Source: Octopus bimaculoides
Lineage: Eukaryota
Direction of reading: 5' to 3'
Length of the DNA: 63,570 bases
Assembly (NCBI RefSeq): GCF_001194135.2
Contig: NC_068996.1
Location: 50,680,566-50,744,135, forward strand
The notes beneath the pieces were generated by a model. It ran no database searches and was not told the DNA's origin. It saw nothing but the letters and a program-made list of their open reading frames with translations. Below are positions 51,901-63,570 of the stretch, piece by piece (position 1 is the stretch's first letter; each line of letters begins with the position of its first letter). The position numbers and the translations under genes are program-made.

Positions 51901-53790
51901 TGATATCATGATGGTTGTAAATGAGCATCCTTGTCATAGAAGCAGGATAGTTTGTTTCCAGTCTTCTGCGAAAACTTATTTGGCCAAAGAGAAACATTAC
52001 TTTGTTTGGAAGCAAGTGAGGATTGGTGGCAAGAAAGGCATCTGGCTGTGGAAAGTCTGCCATAACAAACTGTTTGACTTGTGCAAACATGGAAAAGTGG
52101 TTGTTAAATGACGATAATGATGACAATGATTCTAGCATGTGGAGTAGCCAATCAAACTCCTTTGATGGCAGTTGAATATATTAGATTTTGTTTTTTATTT
52201 TTACACTAAATAACTTCAGCAAAGCTTAAAATGGCATTTTGACTCCCTGGTAACCTAGAATCACCATGGAAATAAACAGTTTGTATAAACCAGACTGATA
52301 TAAACTATATTGACTGTTATTAGATTAAAATATATATTACAATTAAGGTAGTATTTATGGTTCTTTCATGTTTTCATTTACTCTTTGCTCACTGTTAGTT
52401 TTTAAAGAATATACACATGCCTTGATTAGTCTCACAGCATATTTTTAAATAAACGTTTTTTTCTCATTGTCTATTTTGGTTAATTATTTGAACACTGAAA
52501 TAAGTCACTTCAGTAATTAATGAGTGATTATTTGTTAAATACCCTCATCAATTTTTTGCTTTCAAGTATATATTTCTTATTGTACTGAAAAGGACAATCT
52601 TCTTTCTGTTTTATAGAGTTTTGACACCAGGAAATACATAGTTTTTGCTTTTGGCTGCAAACAATTACTAGACTTTGGCATTTTAATGCCTTTATTTGAA
52701 GTATTTATTTTTTTAAAATTCTCAACATATATCCTTACCATTATTTGAAAATATGGATAGCTGGGTCAGTAGAGTAACGGATGACCCAGCATGTCTAGTT
52801 GTAGTAGATAATTCAGGACATAAACATATTCTAAGCAAGAGAGGCTGCATAATGAATTGCTGTTTTGATAGGATGCAGCACTGAGTTCAACTCTTGTGAG
52901 TTTGAATTTTGTGGCTTGTGGGCTTTTCCAGATTGTCTCTATCTGAATACACTGCATGGAAATAGCTTCAACCTCTTTTGTTTCTCTAATTCTGTTTTAA
53001 TTAATTTTGTGAATAATGAAGGATTTAGTAAAATAACTTAGTTGTATTTAAGCTGGTGTTTGGAATATAAACTTACATGAAATTTTGATGAAAAGTTTCA
53101 ATATAGATCACTTAAAATAGGAAATTTGTATCATAGGACCAAGGGTGGTCTTAGGCAAGTTAATGTCAAAAGGGTTGCTTCAAGGAATTATGGAACTTAC
53201 TAGATTACTTGCATAATAAAACCATTATAGAATAAAAGACAAAATATTTCACCAGGTCTTTGTTCTTAACTATAGTTTGCTTTACTGGTGTCTTGAATCC
53301 CATCATTATTAGTTGAATGTGTTCCTGCTCAAGATGTTTCAATTTCATTGACTTAGGACCAGCTAGCTTTAATTTGTTGAATCCTGTTGATTTGGCGCAA
53401 TCTACATTAACCCATTAGCATTTAAACTGGCCATACCTGACCCAAATATTATACCTAGTTTATGTTCAAACTGGTCAGATCCAGCCTCTCACATCTACCC
53501 TTCAATGTCATTCTGAAAACAATCACATCGTTGAAATCTCAAAGCTACATGATAATGCATGGCTAATTGAAAATTATGTGAATAAATAAGCATTACATTT
53601 GACAGTAATTCAATTGCTAAAGAGTTAATCTATCATTATAAGGAGCACTGTTTAAAAAAAAAAGGTAAGAAATAAAGATGTTTTGCTAGTTGGCAGTGTC
53701 AGGTTTCAAGACTAAAAAAGGCAACTTTTAGACTTGGGGACACAATTCTTCATTCAACAGTGCACCCTCAGATTGATATCTCATTCAATG

Positions 53791-54200
53791 ATCTTTTACT
53801 TGTTTCAGTCATTGGACTGTGGCCATGCTGGGGCACCACCTTGAAGTGTTTTAGTTGAACAAATCAATCCCAGTATATCTTTTATCTTTTACTTGTTTCA
53901 GTCATTGCACTGTGGCCATGCTGGGGCACCACCTTGAAGGGTTTTAGTTGAACAAATCAATCCCAGTATATCTTTTATCTTTTACTTGTTTCAGTCATTG
54001 CACTGTGGCCATGCTGGGGCACTACCTTGAAGGGTTTTAGTTGAACAAATCAATCCCAGTATATCTTTTATCTTTTACTTGTTTCACTCATTGGACTGTG
54101 GCCATGCTGGGGCACAGCCTTGAAGGGTTTAACTGAAGGAATCAACCCCAGTACTTATTTTTAAGCTTAATACTTATTTTATCAATCACCTTTGTTGAAC
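53791..54200 (-). repeat. Tandem array of a 93-bp family-A SINE end (three units plus a fourth continuing as SINE body)
   Basis: Units start at 53791, 53884, 53977 and 54070: atcttttacttgtttcagtcatt...aatcaatcccagtatatctttt. Confidence 0.9.
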
Positions 54201-55399
54201 TGCTAAGATTATAGCAGTGACTCGATCAATTCCTAGCAATATCTGAAGAAGGAATTTTTATATTCCAAAATCAGACTATGAATAATTAAATTAAAACAGT
54301 TATTATAGTCCACTCTGCATTGTTGTACCATTCAAGACACATTATATTTCACAAACTTTACATTGGTCTCAGTGAACATATTTAAAAGCATAAACATTTT
54401 TAAAATGCACTTGCAAACCAATACTAAATTGGAAAATCAAGGTAAGTGCGAAAATATGTCAAAATCATCTGCTAAAATAGATATAAACTAATAACTTTAT
54501 TAAAAGTCCATATATCTTGGAACCAGTTACAGATGTAAGTTAAGGTATGCCGGGAGATTGGATTGCAGTTATGCTTCAGGAGTTTATTTATCAACGTAAG
54601 AATTTCGACTGGTACTTAGGATCATTGTCTTTATATATGACTAAGGTTTTATATTTGTAGGGACTAAAAGGAAACAATTTAGTATGCAATATAATAAAAA
54701 GGGCACTCATGCACACACACCACCACCACCACCGTCATCATCATCTCTTACTCACATAAATATATATGTTTCACCATGGGTTGGACAGATCTAGTCTAGC
54801 ACAGCATCTTGGTACCATACTGAAGTTCTCTGTCGCCTCCTTTTTTGAGTTTCAGCCTCTTGAGATAAGCTTTCCACATTTTCTTTGTGTATTTCTATCC
54901 TTAATGTGCTAAAGGGATTTTATCCGACATGATGTTAGCTCAAATATACCAGACAAATGTAAACAAATGTCTGTTATATTTTCATGTGCAGGAAATGGGG
55001 ATATCAGCCTTATAGGTTTCAGTCCTGTGTAGGAGAGCACAATAAAGACCAAATACTCATTTGATTTCTGCCCAGATAGGACAAACCAATCCTTCTTTTT
55101 CTGTCTGCTAAAAGATTATATAAACATGCTTACATTTGTCCAGTGTAGAACATTACTCAGGACATCAGCTAAAATTTATACTGTTACAACAGAGATTCTC
55201 TCTAGTATATTTATGGTGTCCAAGCTGCTTGGTACATCAATTATTTAATTGAGCCAGCTGCCAGCAAAGTTCAATTTATGTAAATCAGACTGATCAAATT
55301 TTCTGGTTTTGTGAGGTTCTTTTATGGTAGTTCAAGTTTAGTTTCTGTTCCTTCTATGTTCTTCAGCTCATTAGGCAGCAAGTTGATGCCATTGGTTTC

Positions 55400-55870
55400 A
55401 CTTGACTTTGGCTTTCTCTGTTTGTAGCCATAATGATATTGGCTTCTCCCATGTCAGTTATGAATATTCTATGCCATGTAGTTTCCAGTCTTCCCCTCTT
55501 CCTTTTCCCCTCCATTTGAATCCTGTTTTAGAATAACATTGTTCTTGTAGCCAGAGTATGAGACCTTTTAATCTTTGTTCTGCTATGATTTCACCAAGCG
55601 GTCTGCTGTTGGCTCTCTTAAGAATATCTTCATTGGTTATTTGGTTTTACCAGAATGTTCTTAGAATCCTTCTCCAGCATCTTTGGTGGAACACGTCTAG
55701 CTTTCTGTTGATTTTCATGGTGCTCTTCCATGCCTTCCTAGCATGGAGAAACGTGTTGGTAGATGTATGCTATTACAGTGTTGGATCATTATTCATAGGC
55801 TGACAGTATTGGAGGATAGGCTGCATTCTCTAGAATGCAGCTTTGCCAACTCTATTGTTGATGTCAGTTG
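55400..55870 (-). mobile_element. RTE LINE relic (RT thumb and C-terminal region)
   Basis: Minus-strand translation includes KLDVFHQRCWRRILRTFW*NQITNEDILKRANSRPLGEIIAEQRL. Confidence 0.75.
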
Positions 55871-56752
55871 TGATTATTTGCTAAAAAGCAAAATAAAAGT
55901 TTAAAAATTCACTAAACAATAAATAAAATTTGCATTTTTAATAAAAGCTAATAAATAGATCAGTTACTAATCATTTAGTAAGACTATGGTGTTAGCAATA
56001 TGTGAAGGGTGAGAAATACAAGATAAACCATTTAAAGATGTTATGGACTGGTATAATCCTAATTAAAAACCCACTTATTACATGTTTTTGATTTTGTTTA
56101 CATTTAGCTTTGACACTTTTTTTTTTTTGACACCTTTCAACTTTTTTGTTTTTTAATTTATTTTTGTACTGGTGCATCTTTACCAAAACAAACACACATC
56201 ACATGTGACCTTGTCATCTGGTTTTGACTTGTTTGTGTCACTTTGATTGAAATGTTTATCATTGATTACTTGTCTGTTCTCAAGTTCAAATCCCATTTGT
56301 TCAACTTTGCCACAGGAGTTAATAAGTATTAAAAACTGATTCAATTAACCCCAACCCTTCCCCTATCCTTTAAATTTCTCGTCTTGTACAGTGTGAGAAA
56401 TCAGATATTAATCTTGCTTTTCTTTTTTTTTTTTTGATTGAATTTTTTTTTTTACTTCACCAGTGTAAATGATACTCTTGTATGTTTTTATCAGAGCAAT
56501 AGGCTTTTCTTCCACTTCAGAAGGAATGCCACTAAGTATTTCGTCCGGCACTGTAATAACTTTTCCAGCTTACCGCCTTGATCTTGATAATAATCCTTTC
56601 TATTGTAGGCACAACTGAAATTTTAGGGGACTGAACTAGACCTTCCTTCAACTGGTACTTATTTTCTTGACCCCAAAAGGATGTAAGGCAAAGCCAACCG
56701 TAGTGTAGGAATTTGAACTCCAATCATAATAGTCAAGAAGAGATGCCATTTA

Positions 56753-56990
56753 GCACACGCTCACACGCTCACTCTCACTTTCACTCACACACTCACTCTC
56801 TCACACACACACACATTCACTCTCACTAACACACACTCACTCTCACACTCACTCACTCACACGCTCACGCTCATTCACACACTCACTCTCACTCACTCTC
56901 ACTCATTCTCACACACTTGTTCTCACTCACTCACACACTCATTCTCACTCCCACTCACTCTCTCCCACTCACACTTGCATCACACACTGG
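56753..56990. repeat. Degenerate (CACT/CACA)n microsatellite
   Basis: Direct inspection. Confidence 0.9.
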
Positions 56991-57579
56991 CATATCTCTC
57001 TCTCTAAAATAAAATCCAGAATTTATGGTCTTACTTTCACACCTGTAATTACAATTGTTTCCTTACACAAGGGAAATACATGCAATTAATTGCTAGCCAG
57101 AATACACTCATTATCTTATAGCTTTCATGATATGATTGTATATTTTTAGAATGACATTTTAGGGGGAGGTATGAGAGGCCAGATCTGGCTGGTTTGAGTA
57201 TAAAACAAACTGTCTGAGCTAGATGTGGCTGGTTTAAATGCTAAAGGGTTAAACCTTTCAAGGCCATGTCCTAGCACAGCTGCATTCCAAATATCTGAAG
57301 CAAATAAAATAGTTTGACAATGAAGGAAATATTTTGTAGCTAACAAAGCTTGTCAAAGCTTTTCAATGAAAATTAAAAGTAGTCACAAAAATGAAATATG
57401 AGACCATATTCTGGGACTTGTCAATTAATACTGTTGGAAACCATTAAAGCAAACCATCTGAATGTTGTCAAAGGACCATCAGGAGAAGACATATCACTTA
57501 ATATAATCAATTCCATCAGTTACTATACAACTGTTCAAGACATCCTGGACATGGCAGCCTCCTTCAAATTTATAGGTGC

Positions 57580-57985
57580 AAGTTATGGATGTATGGTAAG
57601 GAGCTTGCTTCTCAACCACATTGTTCCAGGTTCAGTTCCACTGCATGTCCCCATGAGCAAGTGTCCTCTACTATAACCTTGGGTTGACCAAAGCTTTATG
57701 AGTGGATTTGGTAGACAGAAACTGAAAGAAGGCTGTCATATATATACATGCATGTGTATGCATGCATGTCTTTGTGTGTAGGTTTGTCCTCCATCTCTGC
57801 TTGACAACTGGTGTTGGTGTGTTTACATCCCTGTAACCTAGCAGTTTGGTAAAAAGAGATTGATAAAATAAATATCCAGCTTAAAACGAGAAAACGAGTG
57901 CTGAACTCAATTTGTTTGACTGAAATTCTTCAATGCAGTGCTCCAGCATGGCTGCAGTCTATTGAATGAAACAAGTAAAAAATAA
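57580..57985 (+). mobile_element. SINE family A, near full length
   Basis: Head, internal microsatellite and 3' body. Confidence 0.75.
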
Positions 57986-58350
57986 AACATAAGATTTACA
58001 TTTCATTGACTTAGGCCAGCTTGCTTGCCATAAATTGGTACCATGCTGGTTAGCCATTGGATTGCACTCCTGCAAGGTTGTTTGTTGTCTTTCAAGACTT
58101 TTACTAAATTGTATCAGCACAAGTATTTTGTGTGGCCCCAAAGAGAAGGAAAAGGGAAGTTGACCCGGGTGGAATATGAACTCAGAAGATAAAAGAAAGA
58201 AACCAGTACCTCAAGTCATTCTTTCCTCATGTTCTGCCAATCCTTTGATTTGTTTATTCTTGAAAGTATTAATTAGACTTATGCTTATACTGTTAGTGCT
58301 GAAGGACTTTATTTTCTTAATGAAATGGTAATTAAAATATTTAACATAGA

Positions 58351-58512
58351 GGAGATGGTTTACAGTGGAATCCGGATGGATATAGAAAGAGGGGTAGGCC
58401 CAAGAACTCATGGCGTAGATCAACACAAAAGGAACTAAAGAAAGGTGGACATTCATGGCAGAGTATAAGTACAGAAGCGAGAAATTATGCAACATGGAAT
58501 TCAATTATAAGG
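58351..58512 (+). mobile_element. RTE-clade LINE extreme C-terminus relic
   Basis: LQWNPDGYRKRGRPKNSWRRSTQKELKKGGHSWQSISTEARNYATW matches the canonical WNP.G.RKRGRP..TW.R motif. Confidence 0.8.
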
Positions 58513-58963
58513 AGGGTTAAAGGCAAGAATGAGAATGAGAGGAGATAGTTTAACTCTTTAGCATTCAGATTACACTGTCAAATCTAATGCTTATTTATTC
58601 TCATAGCTTTGAGATTTCAATGATATGGTTGCATATTTTTATAATGACATTGTAGGGTAGATGTGATAAGCTGGACCTGGTTGGTTTGAACATAAAACAG
58701 AAGGAATATTTTGGTTGGATATGGCTGGCTTAAATTCTAAAGAATTAACATGTTTGTGTGGTTTGATTAGTTTTGAGAAATTAACTTTTAAGAATTTGTG
58801 TGAGAATGAGAGGGAGTCGAGATAGAGGGCAGTGGGAAGAAGTGGATGTGCAGAGGTAAAGAGACGATGGCAGGGTGGAGGGACAGAGTGGAAAACAGTA
58901 TAATGCACATCGTAAGATTTGAACTTATGGACCATGTAATTAGTAACATACACTACCTTCATG

Positions 58964-59395
58964 CAGCACTGGATTAGCCATTAAGCAAACTAAGCACATG
59001 CTTGAGGCCTCAAAGGAAGGAGGGGGCACCGCAGAAATGGGAAATGGTTTACAGCACAAAAGAAATCACTTTAAACTTGACTTGCTAAAATAATATTCCG
59101 GATGCCTTTATCTCTATTAAGTATAGAAGCAGATGTGTTACCTAAAATTAATTTTGAGGATTTGATCAAAGACTTTGCAATTCAAAAAAGTAGGAGGAAA
59201 CTCTTTAAATATAAATAAAGTGGAAGTATAGAAAAAATAAACATTATTTTCCCTCTTACTGTTTTGTTTTGTTTTGAAAAATAAAAATTTATTTTATAGT
59301 TTGTTATTGTTTATATTTTGAATTACATAAAAGATTTTGGTACCCACCTAAAAGATTAAGTGCTTAGGGCCTCGACGGGTCTTTATCCGGCCCTG
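58964..59395. mobile_element. hAT-type MITE ~107 bp upstream of the FHA exon
   Basis: Imperfect TIRs cagcactggatta / ttatccggccctg; perfect 8-bp TSD CCTTCATG (58956-58963 and 59396-59403). Confidence 0.8.
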
Positions 59396-59502
59396 CCTTC
59401 ATGTCTTGGCCATTGTACCTCATGAAAATATGTGTTTGCATGTATAATATAGTCTATGACATATATATTATTTATACAGTATATATTTTTTTGTTTTCCT
59501 AG

Positions 59503-59619
59503 GATAAAGAAAAATACTTCAGTCCAGAATGGTGTATGGTGGACGATCAAGGCCAAAGATACATGTTGCCAAAGACAATGATATTTATGGGTCATGAAGA
59601 ATGTGATTTTATAATAGAG
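59503..59619 (+). CDS. CEP170: Coding exon of a CEP170/CEP170B-like centrosomal protein, N-terminal part of the FHA domain (DKEKYFSPEWCMVDDQGQRYMLPKTMIFMGHEECDFIIE)
   Basis: Acceptor ttgttttcctag|G and donor GAG|gtatgt; 117 nt, phase 0-0, open frame. The peptide aligns by eye, without gaps, to my recollection of vertebrate CEP170 [30 protein letters not shown] (W..V...G.R..LP..MIF.G...C). Confidence 0.85.
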
Positions 59620-61877
59620 GTATGTAACAACTGTGATGAAATTGAAAGTTACCTGCTATGCGCTGCATGTTAATATTGTGTAGTTTTGTTGTTTTTTAAC
59701 TATTAAAAGAAAAAGTTTGTTTATTTCATTTTTGTATTCTAACATTTCCAAGAAAGTTAGAGATTATAATATATTTATAAAAGATCTTTCAGATTTATCA
59801 TTATTGAAATTAAGTCAATTTGTTCATGCTGATGTGAACATGCTGACGACTGTGTCTCTGTTTCCTTACCATACTTATTCTATTTGTTTCTGAGCCTGGA
59901 ATCAGAAGACCTTCACTCTGTTGACTGATTCTCTGAAGGATGTTCTCCATTTCCATTTAATTATAAAATATATTTTATTATTATTATATACACTCTTTCC
60001 TTCTATGTCTCTGAATCTCTTATTTGAAGAAAATTCAAAGCTGCAAATATTGCTCTTCTTCAGATACTTCAACACGTGTGGGGATGGGTTGTATAGATCT
60101 ACAAATCCATTCAGTTGCAAATTTTTCTTTTTTTTTTTCTTTTTTGGTGATACAATTGTTTTGGTTTTTAAAAATCTGTTTCTTTCACAGTTATTTAGAA
60201 TTTAATAATAATTGATTTTCTTACAGTTTTGTATTAGTACTATTTCCAGATCTCGCTTATTATTTTTTTTCTGTTACACTTATTTGATCTTGGTTTGGGG
60301 AGCTTCTATTTTATATTTATTTCAGTAGCCATTAACTTACTGAATGAATCATTCCAAGGTTATTGAATCAAATGGTTCTTGCTAAAAAAATGTTCTGTTG
60401 GTTGGGATAGAACTTATTGTCATGTTAATTATAGATTATTTTGCAATCTTCAACTTATTTCTTCTTGAAATATTTCTGAAATACTTGTAAAATCCTGTTT
60501 ACATAATAATTTTTTACATGTCCCATGCTTATTTCTCACCAAATGGATTAGCTGTAAAATGAGAAATGAGAAAACAAAAAAACTAGAAAACAAAAAAAAA
60601 AAACTTCTTAGAAATTCGTCAGATTATCCATTCCACTTTTGACACTCCCCACCCCCCACAAAAATCCCCCAGAAAAGGATACAGCTCTCTGCCATTAAAA
60701 TGATAATATTAACCAAGCCATATGTCAGTGCTGTTTAGCATTAAAAGTAATGTGTGCTTGTCGACAATAAAGTATTTTCTCTATTCGAAAATGTAATTAC
60801 ATACAATACTTTTGAAATATTAAGTTTGCCCCAATTATACTTGCATCATTCAGTGTAGTTGAAATCAAAGCATTCCTGACCTCGTTGAATAAGAAAATTG
60901 GAAATCTAAAGCTGTTGACCTAGAAAATATAATGAATATTACACAGGTTATGTTGTCACAATATTACATAAATAGGAGTAGCAGAATCACCAGAGCCACA
61001 GACAAAATGCCTTGCATTATTGATTTACAACCCTTTGCATTTTGAGTTCAGATATCACTGAGCTTAGCTTTACCAGTCATCTGTTCAGGGTTCATAAAAT
61101 AAAGTACCAGTGAGGTACTGGGGTTGATTTAATTGGTTGTACACAGCATCCAACATTTATGGTCCTGTGTCAAATATTAGAAAACAGTTGTTTCCTTTTG
61201 TTTTAACATCCACTTTTTTATGCTTGGATGTATTGGAAGGAGTTTATTGGTGCAAATTTTCTATGGCTGTATGACCTTCCTGTTGCCAACCCTCGTCTGT
61301 TTTCAAGCAAAGCTATATTTCCTCGAGGCTAGATATGTTTAACCTTGAATAACACTTATTGTATGTAACTCGTTTACAACTATCACGTGCTGTCAAGACA
61401 AGGTGTGCACACACACACATACACACACTCATTTGTATGTGTACACATGCACACACACATTTGTATGTTCACGCACACGCACACACACACACACACACAC
61501 ACACGGCTTCTTTCAGTTTCTGTCTACCAAATCCACTCACAAAGCCTTGGTTCCCTCAGGGCTATGGTAAAGACAATTGCAAAAAGTACCAGTCAGTGAG
61601 ACTGAACTCGGAACCATGTGGTTGGGAAGAAAACTTTTTAACTACACAGCCATACCTGCATCTTTCAAAACATCATCATTCCATAAATACCACATAAGAT
61701 TTTACCCCCACCCCTACTTTTCACCATGCTTTATCAGTCCATATTCAGTTTTATTAATGTCTTTTCCACATGTTTTCCATGGATCTCTATACGCTTTATC
61801 TTTCAAATCTTGGAAACTTAGAATTGCTTTGTATTATTGTAGCACATACGACAATTGCTTTTAAGTTTAATGTTTGA

Positions 61878-61916
<39 letters not shown>

Positions 61917-62393
61917 NNNNNNNNNNNNNNNNNNNNNNNNNNNNNNNNNNNNNNNNNNNNNNNNNNNNNNNNNNNNNNNNNNNNNNNNNNNNNNNNNNNN
62001 NNNNNNNNNNNNNNNNNNNNNNNNNNNNNNNNNNNNNNNNNNNNNNNNNNNNNNNNNNNNNNNNNNNNNNNNNNNNNNNNNNNNNNNNNNNNNNNNNNNN
62101 NNNNNNNNNNNNNNNNNNNNNNNNNNNNNNNNNNNNNNNNNNNNNNNNNNNNNNNNNNNNNNNNNNNNNNNNNNNNNNNNNNNNNNNNNNNNNNNNNNNN
62201 NNNNNNNNNNNNNNNNNNNNNNNNNNNNNNNNNNNNNNNNNNNNNNNNNNNNNNNNNNNNNNNNNNNNNNNNNNNNNNNNNNNNNNNNNNNNNNNNNNNN
62301 NNNNNNNNNNNNNNNNNNNNNNNNNNNNNNNNNNNNNNNNNNNNNNNNNNNNNNNNNNNNNNNNNNNNNNNNNNNNNNNNNNNNNNNNNNNNN

Positions 62394-62448
<55 letters not shown>

Positions 62449-62459
62449 ATATATATATG

Positions 62460-62700
62460 TGTGTGTGTGTGTATATATATATATGTATACGTGTGTGTGT
62501 GTGTGTTTATTTGTCCTCTTACCATTGCTTGACAACTGATGTTAGTGTGTTTATGTCCCTGAAACTTAGAAGTTCAGCAAAAGAGACCAATAGAATTAGC
62601 ACTAGGTTTCCAAAGAATAAGTCCTGGGGTCGATTTGTTCGACTAAAGGCAGTGCTCCAGCATGGCCACAGTCAAATGACTGAAACAAGTAAAAGAATAA
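62460..62700 (+). mobile_element. SINE family A, 3' half (low divergence)
   Basis: ...aagaataagtcctggggtcgatttgttcgactaaaggcagtgctccagcatggccacagtcaaatgactgaaacaagtaaaaga. Confidence 0.8.
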
Positions 62701-63125
62701 AAAATATAAAACACCCGTACTCAAAACTTAGATGTTTATGTCAAAATATAATTTGATAAACTGAATTTTATAAAACACTAAAAACATTCAAAGTATGTTT
62801 GGAAAGTTTACTCCAGCTTTTAATAATGATAATAATAATCTTTTCTACAATAGGCACAAGGCCTAAAATTTTGGTTGGAGAGGGCTAGGCTATTACATTG
62901 AACCCAGTGCTCAGCTGGTGCCTGTTTTATTGGACCCAAAAAGATGAAAAGCAAAATTGACCTTGGTGGGATTTGAACTCTGAACGCAATGAGTCACAAG
63001 AAATGCTATGAACTTTTGTGTATGTTGCGCTAATGAACATGCCAGCTCACCACCTTAATACTAATTGATTATAAAAATAATAATAATAGTGGTGATAATG
63101 ATAATGGCATAGTAGTAATAATAAT

Positions 63126-63410
63126 AAAAGCACTCAGAGAGCACAAACTTCCATCAAATGAGAGTACTAAAAATGAACCCGACTGCTCTCAAAAATTAAG
63201 TAAAAAAAAAAGAAGGAAAATAATCCAGAATCCTTGTCTGGTACTGGATCAATCCCAAGATCTAACCAGTTCATGCCAGCCATGAGGCCAAACATCCCTG
63301 AAAGTTTCATCTGAATCCATCCAGCAGTTCTTGAGACATCTTGTCCATGGAAAACAAACAAACAAACATGACTGAGAACAATACCTCTGCCTTCGCAAAG
63401 GCAGAGGTAA
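63126..63410. mobile_element. HINE/Helentron-associated non-autonomous element with terminal hairpin
   Basis: Begins aaagcactcagagagcacaaac; (caaa)n microsatellite; ends in the perfect 12-bp stem tacctctgcctt-cgca-aaggcagaggta (63382-63409). Confidence 0.55.
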
Positions 63411-63424
63411 TAGTTATTATGGTT

Positions 63425-63570
63425 TCAAATTTTTCCACAAGGACAGCAATTTTGGGGGAGGGGATGAGTCGATTAGATTGACCCAGTATTCAACTGGTAC
63501 CTATTTTATTAACGCCCAAAGGATGAAAGGCAAAGTCGATCTTGGCGAAATTTGAACTCAGAACGTAGTG
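63425..63570 (-). mobile_element. SINE family B, truncated by the window end
   Basis: aaaggatgaaaggcaaagtcgatcttggcgaaatttgaactcagaacg. Confidence 0.75.

Larger units (their letters stand above)
12793..59502 (+). other. Predicted first intron (46,710 nt) of the CEP170-like gene
   Basis: GT...AG boundaries defined by the two exons above; the interior is dominated by transposon relics and microsatellites. Confidence 0.6.

Noticed and set aside
53791-54150. CRISPR-like or regularly spaced repeat array
   Set aside because: The units are contiguous 93-bp SINE fragments without unique spacers; eukaryotic context and no cas genes.
59620-63570. Next CEP170 exon (expected S..VD..HAVI...)
   Set aside because: No AG-flanked frame with this motif was found by eye; it is probably beyond the window or in gap 61917-62393.

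Overview
AT-rich, microsatellite- and gap-ridden eukaryotic DNA. The repeat landscape (two very abundant tRNA-derived SINE families, RTE-clade LINE relics, hAT/piggyBac/mariner MITEs) looks like an octopus (coleoid cephalopod) genome; the taxon is inferred, not proven. One host gene is recognisable: the 5' end of a CEP170-like FHA-domain gene on the + strand. It has a CCAAT/ETS promoter at ~12.0-12.1 kb, a predicted 3-codon first coding exon (ATG TCT GAG|gtaagt, 12784-12792), a 46.7-kb intron, and a 117-nt exon (59503-59619) encoding the start of the FHA domain. The next exon was not found in the window. Nearly all ORF-track entries are microsatellite, gap or repeat artefacts. The best lead is that the conserved FHA 'GR' arginine is genomically His (CAT), one A-to-I edit away from Arg (CGT). 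Other leads: a bidirectional-type promoter with no identified partner gene, a structured GC-rich Pol III-like element, a 250-bp fold-back, and local templated duplications. No CRISPR or prokaryote-type system is supported, and I see no clearly new multi-component system.
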